Origin: the human T2T-CHM13v2.0 reference genome, Homo sapiens
Assembly: GCF_009914755.1 (NCBI RefSeq)
Contig: NC_060947.1
Reading direction: 5' to 3' (one strand)
DNA: 64,000 nt
Shown here: positions 14,506 to 27,375 of the stretch, in pieces
How positions within the stretch are numbered: position 1 is the stretch's first letter
Layout of the letters: each line of letters opens with the position of its first letter
Notes under the pieces: generated by a model
Databases searched by the model: none
What the model saw: only the letters and a program-made list of their open reading frames with translations
Told to the model about the DNA's origin: nothing
Made by a program: the position numbers and the translations under genes

Positions 14506-15539
14506 ACATTTATTCAAGAAGAGTTAGGTTGTACCTTTTCATGTTTTAGACAATATCCTAGGGACTGCGGATTGAGTGATAAAAATAACAGCCTTGCACT
14601 GACTGTCTAGGGGAAGTAAATGAAATTTCAAAAAACACATTCTTATCTAGAATTTTTCTATGTTCTCACCTCCCTCCCTCCCTCCCTCTCTTTATCTCTT
14701 GCTACAAATCTGTATCAATAATCCCATTCAATTTGACAAATATTTATTGACTGCTTCTTAAGTACTAGGAGGCAATGACCCGTATATTGTGAATACAACA
14801 CTGGTCTTGTGCCTTTAGACAGAGATATTTACTCTAAAAATTTCATAAGGTTTCCCCTATCTAACCAGTAGAATCTTTCCATAGGTCTAGTGAATTTTCT
14901 CTTTTCTGTTTTAAGTAAAAGCTCAGCTGTGTTGATTTAGCTCTTGCTACAGCTGCTTCTCTGGGAGAAAATTCTTCTGTCCCTTGTTTGTTGAGGCTAC
15001 CTGCTCCCAGAGGATCACCCAAAACAGACATTCCTTTATGCTTGCTTGCTGAGAAGTGTGTGAGTGTGTGTGTGTGTAATTCCATTTTTCTTCTAATGAG
15101 CTTTTAGCTTTCTGAAAATGAGATACTACTGCGTTTCTGTTAGAGTCTCCTCCTCTATTTCTCGGGATACAGAATTAGAAATAAAGTATAAGCATAAATA
15201 CTAGGATATAATTAAAAGACAAATAAAACTTTATACATAACACCTGGGTGAATCAAAATGGACATTCTAGCCATGTTCAAATATCTACTCAATTGTTACC
15301 TTCTTCATGAAATGTTTTGTGATCCATAAATAGGTTAGAATGTCTTTCTTCTTGGAATGTTTATAGTTCTTTAAGATTTTAATAAGATATTCTCATAAAA
15401 CTTGAAACTTTCATGTTGTTGATAGTTGAAATTAAGTGCCATCCTTCACATGACATATAGATTGATAAAGACAGACATTTTAGCCTAAATGATATAAGTA
15501 AAGATGATCAGTATTGCACCCACACATTTACATAGGCAT

Positions 15540-15817
15540 AGATTGTGCAGTGGTTCTTGCCTGTAATCCCAGCAATTTGGGAGGCTGAGGCAGGAGGATC
15601 ACTTGAGCCCAGGAGTTCCAGACCAGCCTGGACAAAATAGCAAGATGTAATCTCTACAAAAAAGAGTTTTAAAGAATTAGCCAGGCATGGTACTGCATGC
15701 CTGTAGTCCTAGTTACTCAGAAGGCTGAGGTGGGAGAACCACTTGAGCCCAGGAGTTCCAGGTAGCAGTGAGTTATAATCACACCACTGCACTCCAGCCT
15801 AGGTGACAGAAGGAGAA
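15540..15817 (+). mobile_element. AluJ lacking A tail
   Basis: ggatcacttgagcccaggagttc in both arms; ends gacagaaggaga followed by a T run. Confidence 0.9.
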
Positions 15818-16718
15818 ATTTTTTTTTTTTAAGGTAAGGACAAAGAGAATGGTTCCCAAATTTTTCTATAGAATTATATCATCTGGATTTCTTTAAAAAT
15901 CTTGATGCCTGGCTCCTACTTCAAAAATTCTGATTTACTCTATCTGAGGTGTGAGCTGGGCACACTCAACTAAAACCACTAAATTAGGGTCGTAGCTCTT
16001 CTTCCACAAATGAGAGGTAAAGATATTTAAATTTGTCTTATAAGTTAGGGTAATACCCTTTAAACTCCGATTGTAGAAAGGAATAGCCGTCATTCTTAAG
16101 AAAAATGTACTCCAAGATTTGGGGCTGAGTATCTGAGCTATTTTTGGTGTGAAGGCCAACTGGGAAAATCTTGCTGAATGCCTTTCCTGACCAGATACCA
16201 TTTTGCCTCATGTCAACTCCAGAAAAAAGGCCTGAAGCTGTGTAATTCAAAATAATTTTTAAGACTAAAGAACTGTATCAATTGGGGCTGGGTGAGTTTT
16301 GCTGTTGGGCCCTACTGATTGTGCATAACTAAGAATGTTCTATTGTAACTTGTCAAATCACTTAAGTTATAGAAAACTAGCAAAGATATCCTCTAGTAAC
16401 AAATAGTGCACATGAGTGGAATAGGGGTATGTGTGGTGTGGGTGGCTTGTTCAGGACCTCATCTTTCTGTTGTGGCCAGGATTTCAATGGTATGATCAGA
16501 AACTATAATTGCCAAGACAGGCATCCATGCAGCTGCATGGACAGGTGGAACCTACGAGTTGGAATCCTCAAGGAGTCAGTTGATGCACAGTCTAGCCTCA
16601 TACACAAGTATGCTTTAGGCAAGTCAAAAAAGGTGCCTGAAAGCTGTGGGTGATTGCCCACTGGGTACTGGTACTCAAACTTGGGGACTCTTTGAAATAT
16701 GTGAAAAGAGGCACCACA

Positions 16719-17158
16719 TGTGAAAGTTGATCATAAGAATTGGGTCATTCTTGTCACAACCAACTAAAACAGAGTTGAAGCGAAAAGGCATTCAGGGTAC
16801 AAAACATTGCTCCAAGTAACTCTTTGCAAGCCTAACTGGTAAAACTGCTTGTTGTGAGCTAAAACCAGTTTTTTTCTATAGCTTCTGAGATAACTTGCTG
16901 AAACTCTGGGACTAATTTCGCCTACCACTGTAACTCACCAATTGGAGCTTACCAACTCCCCAAACCCTTACTAGTGTCAAAGAACTTTCTCAAAGAGCAA
17001 TACGTAACATTTCTCCTTTTAATAAAACCTTTAACCTTCTCTTTGTTATTGAGACATACCAAAGACCACCTGGTCTGCATGTATGCCCTACCATGCAATT
17101 CTTTCTTCCCAAGTAAAACATTAAGTTTAGAGATTAGTCTCTTCATTTTTATTTTGAC
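16719..17158 (+). mobile_element. ERV solo LTR (LTR47-like)
   Basis: tgtgaaagttgatcataagaattgggtcattcttgtcac... start; ends attttgact. Confidence 0.65.
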
Positions 17159-17374
17159 TCTGACCCTTACTACAGGCTAGATTTGCTGCTAAACAGGCCT
17201 GTCAGCACTTGTCCAATGTATTTTGGATATTTGATGATGTGACCTTATTTGGAAGTCGGATTTGTTGAGAAATCTACCTGTATTTTGTACTTGGCATCTG
17301 TGCTTTGGGGCTTTGTCTTATTCCTCTACCGGCCTCACTAGTTATTAATATCAACCAAAATTTAAGAGAATTTA

Positions 17375-17590
17375 AGAGGGCTGACTGTGACCTTGAAAGC
17401 TTAGATTCTAATCTTGGCTCAGTCTTTTCACAAAGGTGTGATTTTAGATTTCTTAACCTGAGTATGAAATAAGAAGCATAATATACCTGACAAATAGTTC
17501 TCTTCTTACATTAATTGAAATATTATAGATAATGCATTTGGTATTTCTCCTGATATATAGTAAATGATCAGTTATTAGTAATCATTGATT
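17375..17590 (+). mobile_element. MIR
   Basis: ttagattctaatcttggctcag...tgtgattttag...taatatacctg...atagtaaatgatca. Confidence 0.55.
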
Positions 17591-19519
17591 GTATTTTATA
17601 TTGCCTGAAATCGACAGTACAATGTTTTGTATATGATAGCTATTTAATAAGTATTTCTTTTTGATAAGAACTGTATTCTGATGACATCAACCTGAAAGAG
17701 ATGTATGTTTGACTGACTGGATTGAGGAAAAGGGTGTATTTTAGAAAGACAATCTTTTTAAACCCAAACTGTTTTTATTCTAAGCAGCAAAATGTTTCCA
17801 GAAATATTTGAGACAGTACGAAAGAAGATTGTACATTTGATGGAAAATGATGAGATTTGTAGCTAAAAAACATGGAGCACCTTCAAAGTGTTCAGAAAAT
17901 TTATTGCCCTATACATTTGGAACTAAGCTGATCAGCAAGCTTAAACAGTATATTTATATGTACTTCCAATGTAAGCATACTGATATCTCTTGCACCTTGA
18001 GTAGATTTTCTTCCTCTTAGTCTTTTGATAGTTAGGAGGGAAAAGAAAATAACTTCAAGTGCCATTTTATAGTTTTATTGCTTAGGTATTTCATTCGACT
18101 TCTTCAGGCTCAGCTTCCAAAGATTCATTCATCTAAATCAGCCTTAGGCTTCACTTATCTCTAATCCCCCCAAAATCATGTTCAGACTGATGCCATAAAG
18201 CAGAGATCTCACTTTAAATTTATTTAACCTTCCATTTCAGAAGTTACAATGTGATTTTTTTTATTCTGCTCAAGCAATCACAAATTTTAAGTTTCTTTGA
18301 GTTTGTTCTTTAGTGGAAGCCTTTAGGATGCACTTAGAAAACCCCATTACAAGTAAGAGTGGCAAGCAAATAGGACACATTTCCTCAGCATTCATGTGTT
18401 GCTATCCTAGGGCTTACCCACCTTGCTAAAGTGTTCATGACATACTATTTTTTTAAAAATTGCTCCTGCCTTGAAATGTAGTGCTCATTCTTATTTAGCT
18501 TATATTTTCTCTTTTAAATGTGCCTATACATAACTCTCATGAATTCTTATCAACTAACTTGCACATCAGTTCTGATCTTCCTGTTTCTTAGATATCTCTC
18601 AATCAGAATTTATCTGATTAATAAGTGAGTTGAAGAAATTGCTTTTGATAATTTTATTATTGAATGCTTATTTTTATGAAAAATGTTTGCTCAGTATAAA
18701 GCACTGCAACACATAGAGTAAAAATTTCCTTCTTTACAGTAAAATATGGACTTCTGTTTTTCTTTGTGTTTAATAGAAAAAAATACTAGCTATTCAAGTG
18801 CCAAAAATGGTCAATGTGACTCAGAGTTTCCTAATCTAACTGTAAATTCTCCAACACAAGGAAACTAACATTTGCCCTCCCAAACACTATGTACAAACAA
18901 AGTATGTCTTTGTGAAATAAATTATATTAGTACAGATAGGATGTAAGCTTGGTCCATAATGAAAATATAGATTTTTGAGCTGTTTTTGTCATCTCTCCTA
19001 TTTAAAAAAAACTTTTGAGAGGAAGCATTTGAAATGTGGTGTTCTGCCTTTGTCAACACTGTATTACAATGTTCTCCTGTCCTACATTTATTCAGATTTA
19101 TTAGCTAGAAATTTGAATATGTTCACCTGTATATCCTTGTTATTAACAATTATTAGAATAATTGTTCTTCTAATTAACAATTAGAAGAATGTTTTCAATA
19201 TATATTGAAATCTTTCTATTGAAACAATTTTAAAAAGGTGATTTGCAGCCAAAATGGAAAGCTATTTAATTGCACAAATTGGTAGACAGGAATCAAAAAA
19301 TTATGATAACTTCAAGAAATAGAACAGAAATTCTAGGACTCTACCAATCATTATGAATAAACCTACCAAGAAAAGGCAGCTTCAAGTTCAACTGTCCATG
19401 ATGATACAGACTAAAGAAGAAGCATGCCTGCTTTTCCATGGCAACTTTCCCATATGTTCTCATTATTTTTGTTTTCTTAGGACATTTCTCTTCTGGAAGT
19501 GGCTATGGAAAAAGCGACA

Positions 19520-19720
19520 TGCTATGGTAGACATGCAGGGTCTCAGAATACTTGAGTCTTGGCTTTGCCACATTTAGGTCATGTCATGCCTGTTACCTAT
19601 TTGTAAAATTATACCTGTCCCATCTACCTTAATAAATTGTTATAAGGATCAAATGACATGTACTTTATGCAAATTCCTTGAACATTATAAATTGCTATAA
19701 AAATATGAGGAATTATTATT
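19520..19720 (+). mobile_element. MIR
   Basis: ttgagtcttggctttgccac...tatttgtaaaat...ttgttataaggatcaaatga. Confidence 0.6.
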
Positions 19721-19799
19721 CTGCACGAAGCTTTTCCCAATATTGAATCTTAGTAATTTTCAACTTGTTAAGTCAAATAATTAGGTATCGATTAAATAT

Positions 19800-20830
19800 A
19801 CTCGAGGCATTATTACTTTTTGCTAAATGCTTCTATCATGATCCCTACCTTTTGATTAGCTTCTCTCAAACCCCTTCTGGGCTTGGATATGTGACTTGCT
19901 TTGGCATATCTGATATGAGTAGGCATGACGAAAGCAGAGGATTGAAATGTTCTTTTGCATTAGTCTTGCCCTCTTGATGTTCTGCCATCACCATGATAAA
20001 AGCTGGTCCAGCTAGCCCAGATAGCCTGCGGGTCTCAGAAGAATTAGGGGCATGTGAAGCAGACCTCAACCAATCTGAGCCCTGGAGATAAAGCCCAGAT
20101 TAAACCAGCCTAAATCATCTGAATGCCAAACAATTCACAGATGTGAGAATGTAAAATTAATGTTTCTTACTATAAGCCACAGAGTGGAATGACTTGTTAG
20201 GCAAAATTATGGTGAGTATATATTACTCATACAGAAATGCATACTAGAGGCAGGAGAGTGCCATCACAGAAACTTAATTATTGTGTTTGTTTGTTTGTTT
20301 GTTTGTTTGTTTGTTTTGGAACCAGGTAGCAGGCAATAAGGAAGCTCACTTAGAAGACTGGGATAAAGGCAATTTGTATTATTTAGAGGCAATGCGTTTT
20401 GGTAAAAGAGTTGCTTGACATAATGTGTAAGATATGAAATGAACAGAATGACCATTTACACTGGGTGAGGGAATTTTCTAGGCAGATGGCTAAAAGCATA
20501 AACTGATTGCTGCCAGTTACGTATAATAAGGCACTAAAAGAGAAAGATGAGAAAGTGGAAAACTGGGTGATATACAAACAAAAAATGATGTTATGACACA
20601 GCTTCAGGTTAAAAATCAAACAAATTTAGACTAATGCCCATAAGACATAGCGAACAAAATAAAACTTTATGGGTCCAAGGTATGTATAATTAAGTCTTGA
20701 GAGAGAGGCATGTAGATGTGTGGCTTTAGAACATGGCAATCCTGTGTTTAAAGCCAGTACATAGAAAATTCAAAAAATATACACTCTTACAGATTTTAAA
20801 AGATTACAGAAAATCTAAATTTCAACTGGC
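19800..20830 (+). mobile_element. MLT1 (H/I-like) LTR plus start of MLT1 internal region
   Basis: atgtgacttgctttggc...tgtttcttactataagccac...tactcataca then gaaatgcatactagaggcagg internal start. Confidence 0.7.
20285..20316 (+). repeat. (TTTG)n microsatellite
   Basis: Direct reading, about 8 units. Confidence 0.9.
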
Positions 20831-20989
20831 AAGCATTGAATACAAATTATAGGAGGCCATGGTTTTGGACTAAACTCCCACATTAGGCACCTACAGACTA
20901 GACTAAAAATCAAAATGGGGTCACCCATGCTTAAGTTCCATATCCCCAATCCCAAAGTAAGTTGTTATCTGACCTTTCAAGAAATCAGA

Positions 20990-22246
20990 TGTTTGCAGAT
21001 GACATCCTATATAGAGAAAATCCCACTGTCTCAGCCCAAAAGCTTCTTAAGCTGATAAACAACTTCAGCAAAGTCTCAGGATACAAAATCAATGTGAAAA
21101 AATCGCTAGCATTCCTATACACCAACAACAGGCAAGCTGAGAGCCCAGTCATGAACAAACTCCCATTTACAATTGCCACAAAAAGAATAAAATACCTGGG
21201 AATACAACTAACAAGGGAAGTGAAAGATCTTTACAAGGAGAACTACAAAACACTGCTCAAATAAATCCGAGGTGACAAAAACAAATGTAAAAACATTCCA
21301 TGCTCATGGATAGGAAGAATCAATATCATTAAAATGGCCATACTGCCCAAAGCAATTTATAGATTCAATGCTATTCCCACTAAACTACCTTTGACATTCT
21401 TCAGAGAACTAGAAAAAACTATTTTAAGATTCATATGGAACCAAAAAAGAGCCAAAATAGCCAAGGCAATCCTAAGCAAAAAGAACAAAGCTGCAAGCAT
21501 CATCCAAACTGACTTCAAACTATACAGCAGGGCTATAGTAAACAAAACAGCATGATAGTGGTACAAGAACACATAGATCAGTGGAACAGAACAGAGAACC
21601 CAGAAATAAGACCACACAACTACAACTATTTGATTGTTGACAAACCTGACAAAAACAAGCAATGGGGAAAGAATTCCCTATTCAATAAATGGTGCTGGGA
21701 CAACTGGTTAGCCATATGTAGAAAATTGGAACTAGACCCCTACCTTACACTGTATACGAAAAATCAACTCAAGATGGATTAAAGACTAAAATATAAAACC
21801 CAAAACTATAAAAACTCTCGAAGAAAACCTAGGCAATATCATTCAGGACATAGGCACGGGCAAAGATATCATGATGAAGATGCCAAAAGCAATTGCAACA
21901 AAAGCAACAACTGACAAATGGGATCTAATTAAACTAAAGAGCTTCTGAACAGCAAGGGAACCTATCAACATTGTAAACAAGCAACACACAGAATGGGAAA
22001 AAAATTGTGCAAAGTATGCATCTGACAAAGGTTTAATGTCCAGCATCTATATACAATTTAAACAAATATACAAGAAAAAAACCAAACACTCCCATTAAAA
22101 AAGTGGGTAAAGAACATGAACAGACACTTTTCAGAAGAAGGCATACGTGTGGCCAACAAGCGTGTGAAGAAAGCTTAACATCAGTGATCATTAGAGAGAT
22201 GCAAATCAAAACCACAATGAGGTATCATCTCATACCAGTCAGAATG
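20990..22246 (+). mobile_element. L1PA (older) ORF2 internal fragment (RT to near C-terminus), no 3'UTR or poly(A)
   Basis: Translations [56 protein letters not shown]; stops and frameshifts present. Confidence 0.95.
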
Positions 22247-22822
22247 AGATAATAGCCAATTTCCCAAACAGGGCAGTTTAAATCTTCAATTGTCATGATA
22301 ATAAAATTTCCTCTACTTTAATCCTTACACAAAAAAGGTAGCCTAGTGTAACCTGATGTTACCTAATTTTTTGCGTTGTTATGTCTCCCCTTCCCTGCCT
22401 TACAAGAAAAGTAGCTTTAGTAGGACTAATAACACTATGTGTTACTTGTTTCTGCTTTCTTCAACCCTTCTCTGTCTATAAAGTCACTTCTTGTGCTCAA
22501 CTCATCAGAACACTTATTCTGAAATGTATGGAATGAAGTGTTGCCTGATTCTAGAATTGCTAAAAAAGCCAATTAAGATTTTTAAACTAAATTTGTTGTA
22601 ATTTTGTCTTGTGACAGAATTGATGACCAATCAAGGGACTTGATAAAGACTTCTGATAGCCCTGAGACCCCTTGAGGAACACACATAAAGGCACCACTAA
22701 TCCCCTTTGTTGTGGGTGATGGTATTTTTTCTTCCTCATGGGGCCCAGAGAGCCCCAAATGCCTCTCAGGTGTGAGCTCTGCTGTTTTTTGCGTTTGAAC
22801 CCTCTGATCTTTTTGTAATCAT

Positions 22823-23240
22823 CTAACAGGTTCTTCCTGCCCACTGAACAGACAAAACCAATTCACTGAGACAATGCTATTGCAGTAAGAAAAGAATTTA
22901 ATTAACATTATGCCAGCCACATGGCAGATGAAGTTATTACTTAAATCAGTCTCCCCGAAGGCTCAGAAGTTAGGGTTTTTGATGAATAATTTGGTGAGCA
23001 GGGGGCTAGGAAATGGGTGCTGCTGATTGGTTGGAGATGGAATCATAGGGGTGTGGGAAACAGTCTTCATGCGCTAAGTCTGCCTCTGAGTTGGGGCGGG
23101 GGTCGGGGTCGGGGTGCACAGGACCAGTTGAGTCATGAATCACAAGTCTAGTTGGGGTCAGTCTGTTGCCAGAATTCAAAAGTCTTAAAAACATCTCCAA
23201 AAGATCAATCTTAGGTTCTAAAATAGTGATGTTATCTATG
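22823..23240 (-). mobile_element. ERV1 LTR fragment (LTR26/LTR8-related)
   Basis: aacaggttcttcctgcccactgaacagacaaaaccaattcactgagac...aaatcagtctccccgaagg...gctgctgattggttgg. Confidence 0.65.
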
Positions 23241-23242
23241 CA

Positions 23243-23479
23243 ATAGTGAGGGAGTTCTCATGAGATCTGATGGTTTAAAAGTGGCAGTTTTCCCTGCACA
23301 CTCTCTCTCTCTTCTTCCACCAAGTAAGATGCACCTTGCTTCCCCTTCACCTTATGCCATGATTTTAAGTTTCCTGAGGTGTCCCCAGGCATGTGGAACT
23401 GTGAGTCAATTAAAACCCCTTTCTTTATAAATTACCCAGTCTCAGTAATTTTATGGCAGTGTGAGAATGAACTAATACA
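23243..23479 (+). mobile_element. MSTA/THE1-type LTR, 3' half
   Basis: atagtgagggagttctcatgagatctgatggtttaaaagtggcag ... gaactaataca. Confidence 0.85.
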
Positions 23480-23848
23480 ACAGTCTATTCACTCTCTGTC
23501 TGAATTACATTTTTTCCCCTGAAAAGAAATGTTAAACACTCTCCTTATGATAGAACCACACAAAAATTCAGGAGGTAATCCCCAAGTGACTTACCCTCCC
23601 TAGAAAAAAACTGAGTTCAAAGCCATAGTTAAAAATTTTCTTAAACTTACAGAAAACCTTCAAAAGTTTTCTAAAGAATTGAGGGCCTTAATTGTAACTT
23701 TTCAACCTGAAATACCTGACCTCTGCTAACCATACAACATGTTGGTGAGAACTGGGGAGTTCCAAAAAGGATAAAAAAGGCAGAATAGTGTTCTCCTGAG
23801 AATAGTATTAAGGACCCAATTGCAAATGATTTTTTGAAAGCCATTCCC

Positions 23849-24235
<387 letters not shown>

Positions 24236-24916
24236 CTAGGCCGCTTGTCCAATAAGCAACCCATAAAACAACAGTTTCTAAAGAATTTTTGCCATTTGTG
24301 CAAACAACCAGTAAATTGGAAAAGGGACTACCCCAAAGTTTTCAAAGAAAGCCCCTGAAAACAGGCTACTACCCTCTGATAATCTCCGTGATAAACACCA
24401 GGACTGAGTGGCCTCCAAGGGAAGCTCCTGCAAGTTTCTATTGGTTATGCTTTGCCCTGCTTGTTAAAGGGCTCAGCCTTGAAGTTGGTAATTTAATGTA
24501 AAAATAAGCAACATTAAAGTGACCACTATTAAACTGAATGGTCTCCAAAATACAACTTTCTGACATTTATCTAGCTATTTTGAAACTCTTTGTAGAAGAT
24601 ATTTACACCTATAAAGGCAATCTCCATTTATAAGGGCATTTCACTCTCTGCACCTAAAACACTAGAAACTTTTACAATGGAAAATACATTGGTTTAAAAT
24701 TTATACAACAAACCTTACCTTTCTTTAAGGTACATTTCCTAGTCGGCTTGTCTTAATTGGGCCTTTATCTACACCTTTCTTTTTTCTGCAACTAATAGTG
24801 TTTAGATCTATGTTCTGTAAATTTGACTACATGGTTTCATCCGGGATGTTTGTCTAAAGGAGGGAAACTGTTTGAAAAATGACAAAGAATCTTATTGGAG
24901 CTATAAGATGTGCATC

Positions 24917-25604
24917 TGAAACTGCCTTTGAAAAAATTATAACTGAGGAAATTATGACAGTGAAAGAGATCAGACCTAACCAACTATATCTTGCTTCTAA
25001 CCTTTAAGCTTTCCTTGTTCATTCCTGGGTGTAGGCAGAACTAACTTTGGAAAGGAATTCAGTTCATAGTTTGAAACAAAATTGATGATAGCCCTTTCCT
25101 GAAAAGAGCTCCTTTTGTCTTGGGGACTAGTCTGCCTTCTCAGGACTAACAAATTGGCTACGAGATTAGAAATTACAGTTTAGGGGTAATGCAGCCTCTG
25201 GCTCCAAGAGTCTTGTAAAACCTAAGAACAGTGCTTGAGCTATTTTGCAGACCCTGCACTGGATGGATTATCTGACACCACCCAGGTCAGTAATCTGGCT
25301 CAACCAGTTCTGCCATCCTACCCAAGAACAGAGGACGGCAAGAAAAACTCACTTCAACCCCCTATGATTCCATCTCCAACCTGACCAATCAGCACTCCCC
25401 ACTTCCCAAGCCCCTACCTGCCAAATTATCTTTAAAAACTCTGTTACCTAAATGTTCAAGGAGACTGATATGAGGAATAATAAAATTCCTGTCTCCTACA
25501 CAGCTGGCTCTGTGTGAATTACTCTTTCTCCCTTGCAATTCCCCTGTTTTAATAAATCAGCTCTGTCTCTGCAGCGGGCAAGGTGATTGTGTTGGGCGGT
25601 TACA
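24917..25604 (+). mobile_element. LTR8 solo LTR (ERV1)
   Basis: tgaaactgcctttgaaaaaattataactgagg ... ttgggcggttaca; TSD catc/cttc. Confidence 0.88.
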
Positions 25605-25916
25605 CTTCTGCCTGAGTGTCTGTATGTCTACATGTGTTATGTATATGTGATACTTTTCTGCCAAAATGTGTGAGAGAGCTCTAATTAATTTACTTAAAGA
25701 AAAAAGTAAGTGCTTAAATAACATGTTTTACCATAAAAAAAGAACCTAACTCAAATGCTTTGGTTCGTGTGACTTGGGTAAAATTTTGGTAAATAAGACT
25801 GGAAAAGAGCTGTGTCTTCTGATCAGAAAACAACATATATTTGACTTTAGGAGGTGGTGACTGCCTAACTTTTACATGCTGTAGAAAATGGCTAAGAGGG
25901 AAATAGGTTAAGATGA

Positions 25917-26772
25917 TGTAAACCAAAAATAAAATTCTAAGATTCCCCCCAACCTACAGATAGATACCCCCTTTAGTCCAAGGGCATTTGAAAGTAAAAT
26001 TGAAAATCTAGTTCAGGATCTGACATGCCTCATTATACCCTCTTCTCTTTGGAATTCAGGAACAACTGACCAGCATTAACATTAAAACTGAGATCTTAAG
26101 ACTGACAAAACAGACTTTTTATAGCAATAAGACACCCAATTCAAGCCTGAATCTAGTATAGCATCACATAACAGAAAGCAAGCCCTGAAAGAAGTATTTT
26201 ACCCCTAAATATATTTATTTGACATATTTTGAAATGGCCCTGCAAAGCTGTTTCTTGTGAAGAAAACCTACATTCTGTACAGAATCCCCTTTCCTTTCCA
26301 GGTCTTTCCTCTGATCCAGGAGAGAATTAATTAAGACTCAGGCAACTTTTTAGGTCTAATTACAGCTCTGAAGACTGCTACCTGGAGGTTTCATTTGCAT
26401 GATAAAACCTTGGTCTCCAGAAACCCTTATCTTAACCCTTTCTACTGATTCCAGCTCTTTAGATAATATCTCTTTCAACTAATTGCCAATCAGAAAATCT
26501 TTGAATCTTCCTATGACCTGGAAGCCCCCAACTCCCTGTTTCTAGTTGTTCTGCCTTTCCAGAATTCTGGGTGAACCAATGTACATCTTACATGTATTGA
26601 ATGATGTCTTATGTCTCCCTAAAATGTATAAAACCAATCTGTAGCCTAATCACCTTGGGCACGTGTTCTCAGAATCTCCTGGGGCTGTGTTTTGGGCCAT
26701 TTCTCACTCATATTTGGCTCAGGATAAATCTCTTCAAATATTTTACAGAGTTTGAGTCTTTTTTAATCAACA
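25917..26772 (+). mobile_element. MER4 (D/E-like) solo LTR
   Basis: tgtaaaccaaaaataaaattctaag ... ttttacagagtttgagtctttt..tcaaca; TSD atga/ataa. Confidence 0.85.
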
Positions 26773-26910
26773 ATAATGGCTAGTTTTGTTTCACGTCTCA
26801 TAAAATTTGCCAAAAGAGTTCTAACATAATTGTTAAAAATCAGTATATTAGGTAAGTATCAATGGCATAAACATTCATAAATTCTTCATAATTTAAAAGC
26901 AATTTTTTTT

Positions 26911-27375
26911 TGATAATGTAAACTCCAAATATCTGAGACAGGTCCCAGTCAATTTAGAAAGTTTATTTTGCCAAGGTTAAGGATGCAATCTCAGGAGGTC
27001 CTGACAGCATGCGCCCAAGGTCGTAGGGGCACAGCTTGGTTTTATACATTTAGGGAGACATGAGACATCAATATATGTAAGAGGAACATTGGTTCAGTCT
27101 GGAAAGGTGGAACAACTGGAAGCAAAGGCAAAGGCGGGACAACTTGAAGTGGGGAGGGTGCTTCCAGATCACAGGTAGATAAGAGAAAAAGGGTTGCATT
27201 CTTTTGAGGTTCTAATTAGTCTTTCCAAAGGAGGCAGACAGGTACGCATTTATCTCAGTGAGCAGAGGGATGACTTTGAATAGAATGGAAGGCAGGTTTG
27301 CCCTAAGCAGTTCCCAGCTTGACTTCTCCCTTTAGCTCAGTAATTTTGGGTCCCAAGATTTGTTTTTCTTTCACA
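26911..27375 (-). mobile_element. MER4A-like solo LTR
   Basis: aaatatctgagacaggtcccagtcaatttagaaagtttattttgccaagg ... tttctttcaca. Confidence 0.85.

Noticed and set aside
15935-16250. Overlapping 70-88 aa ORFs in apparently unique sequence
   Set aside because: No recognisable protein similarity or supportable splice structure; an exon cannot be excluded without transcript data.
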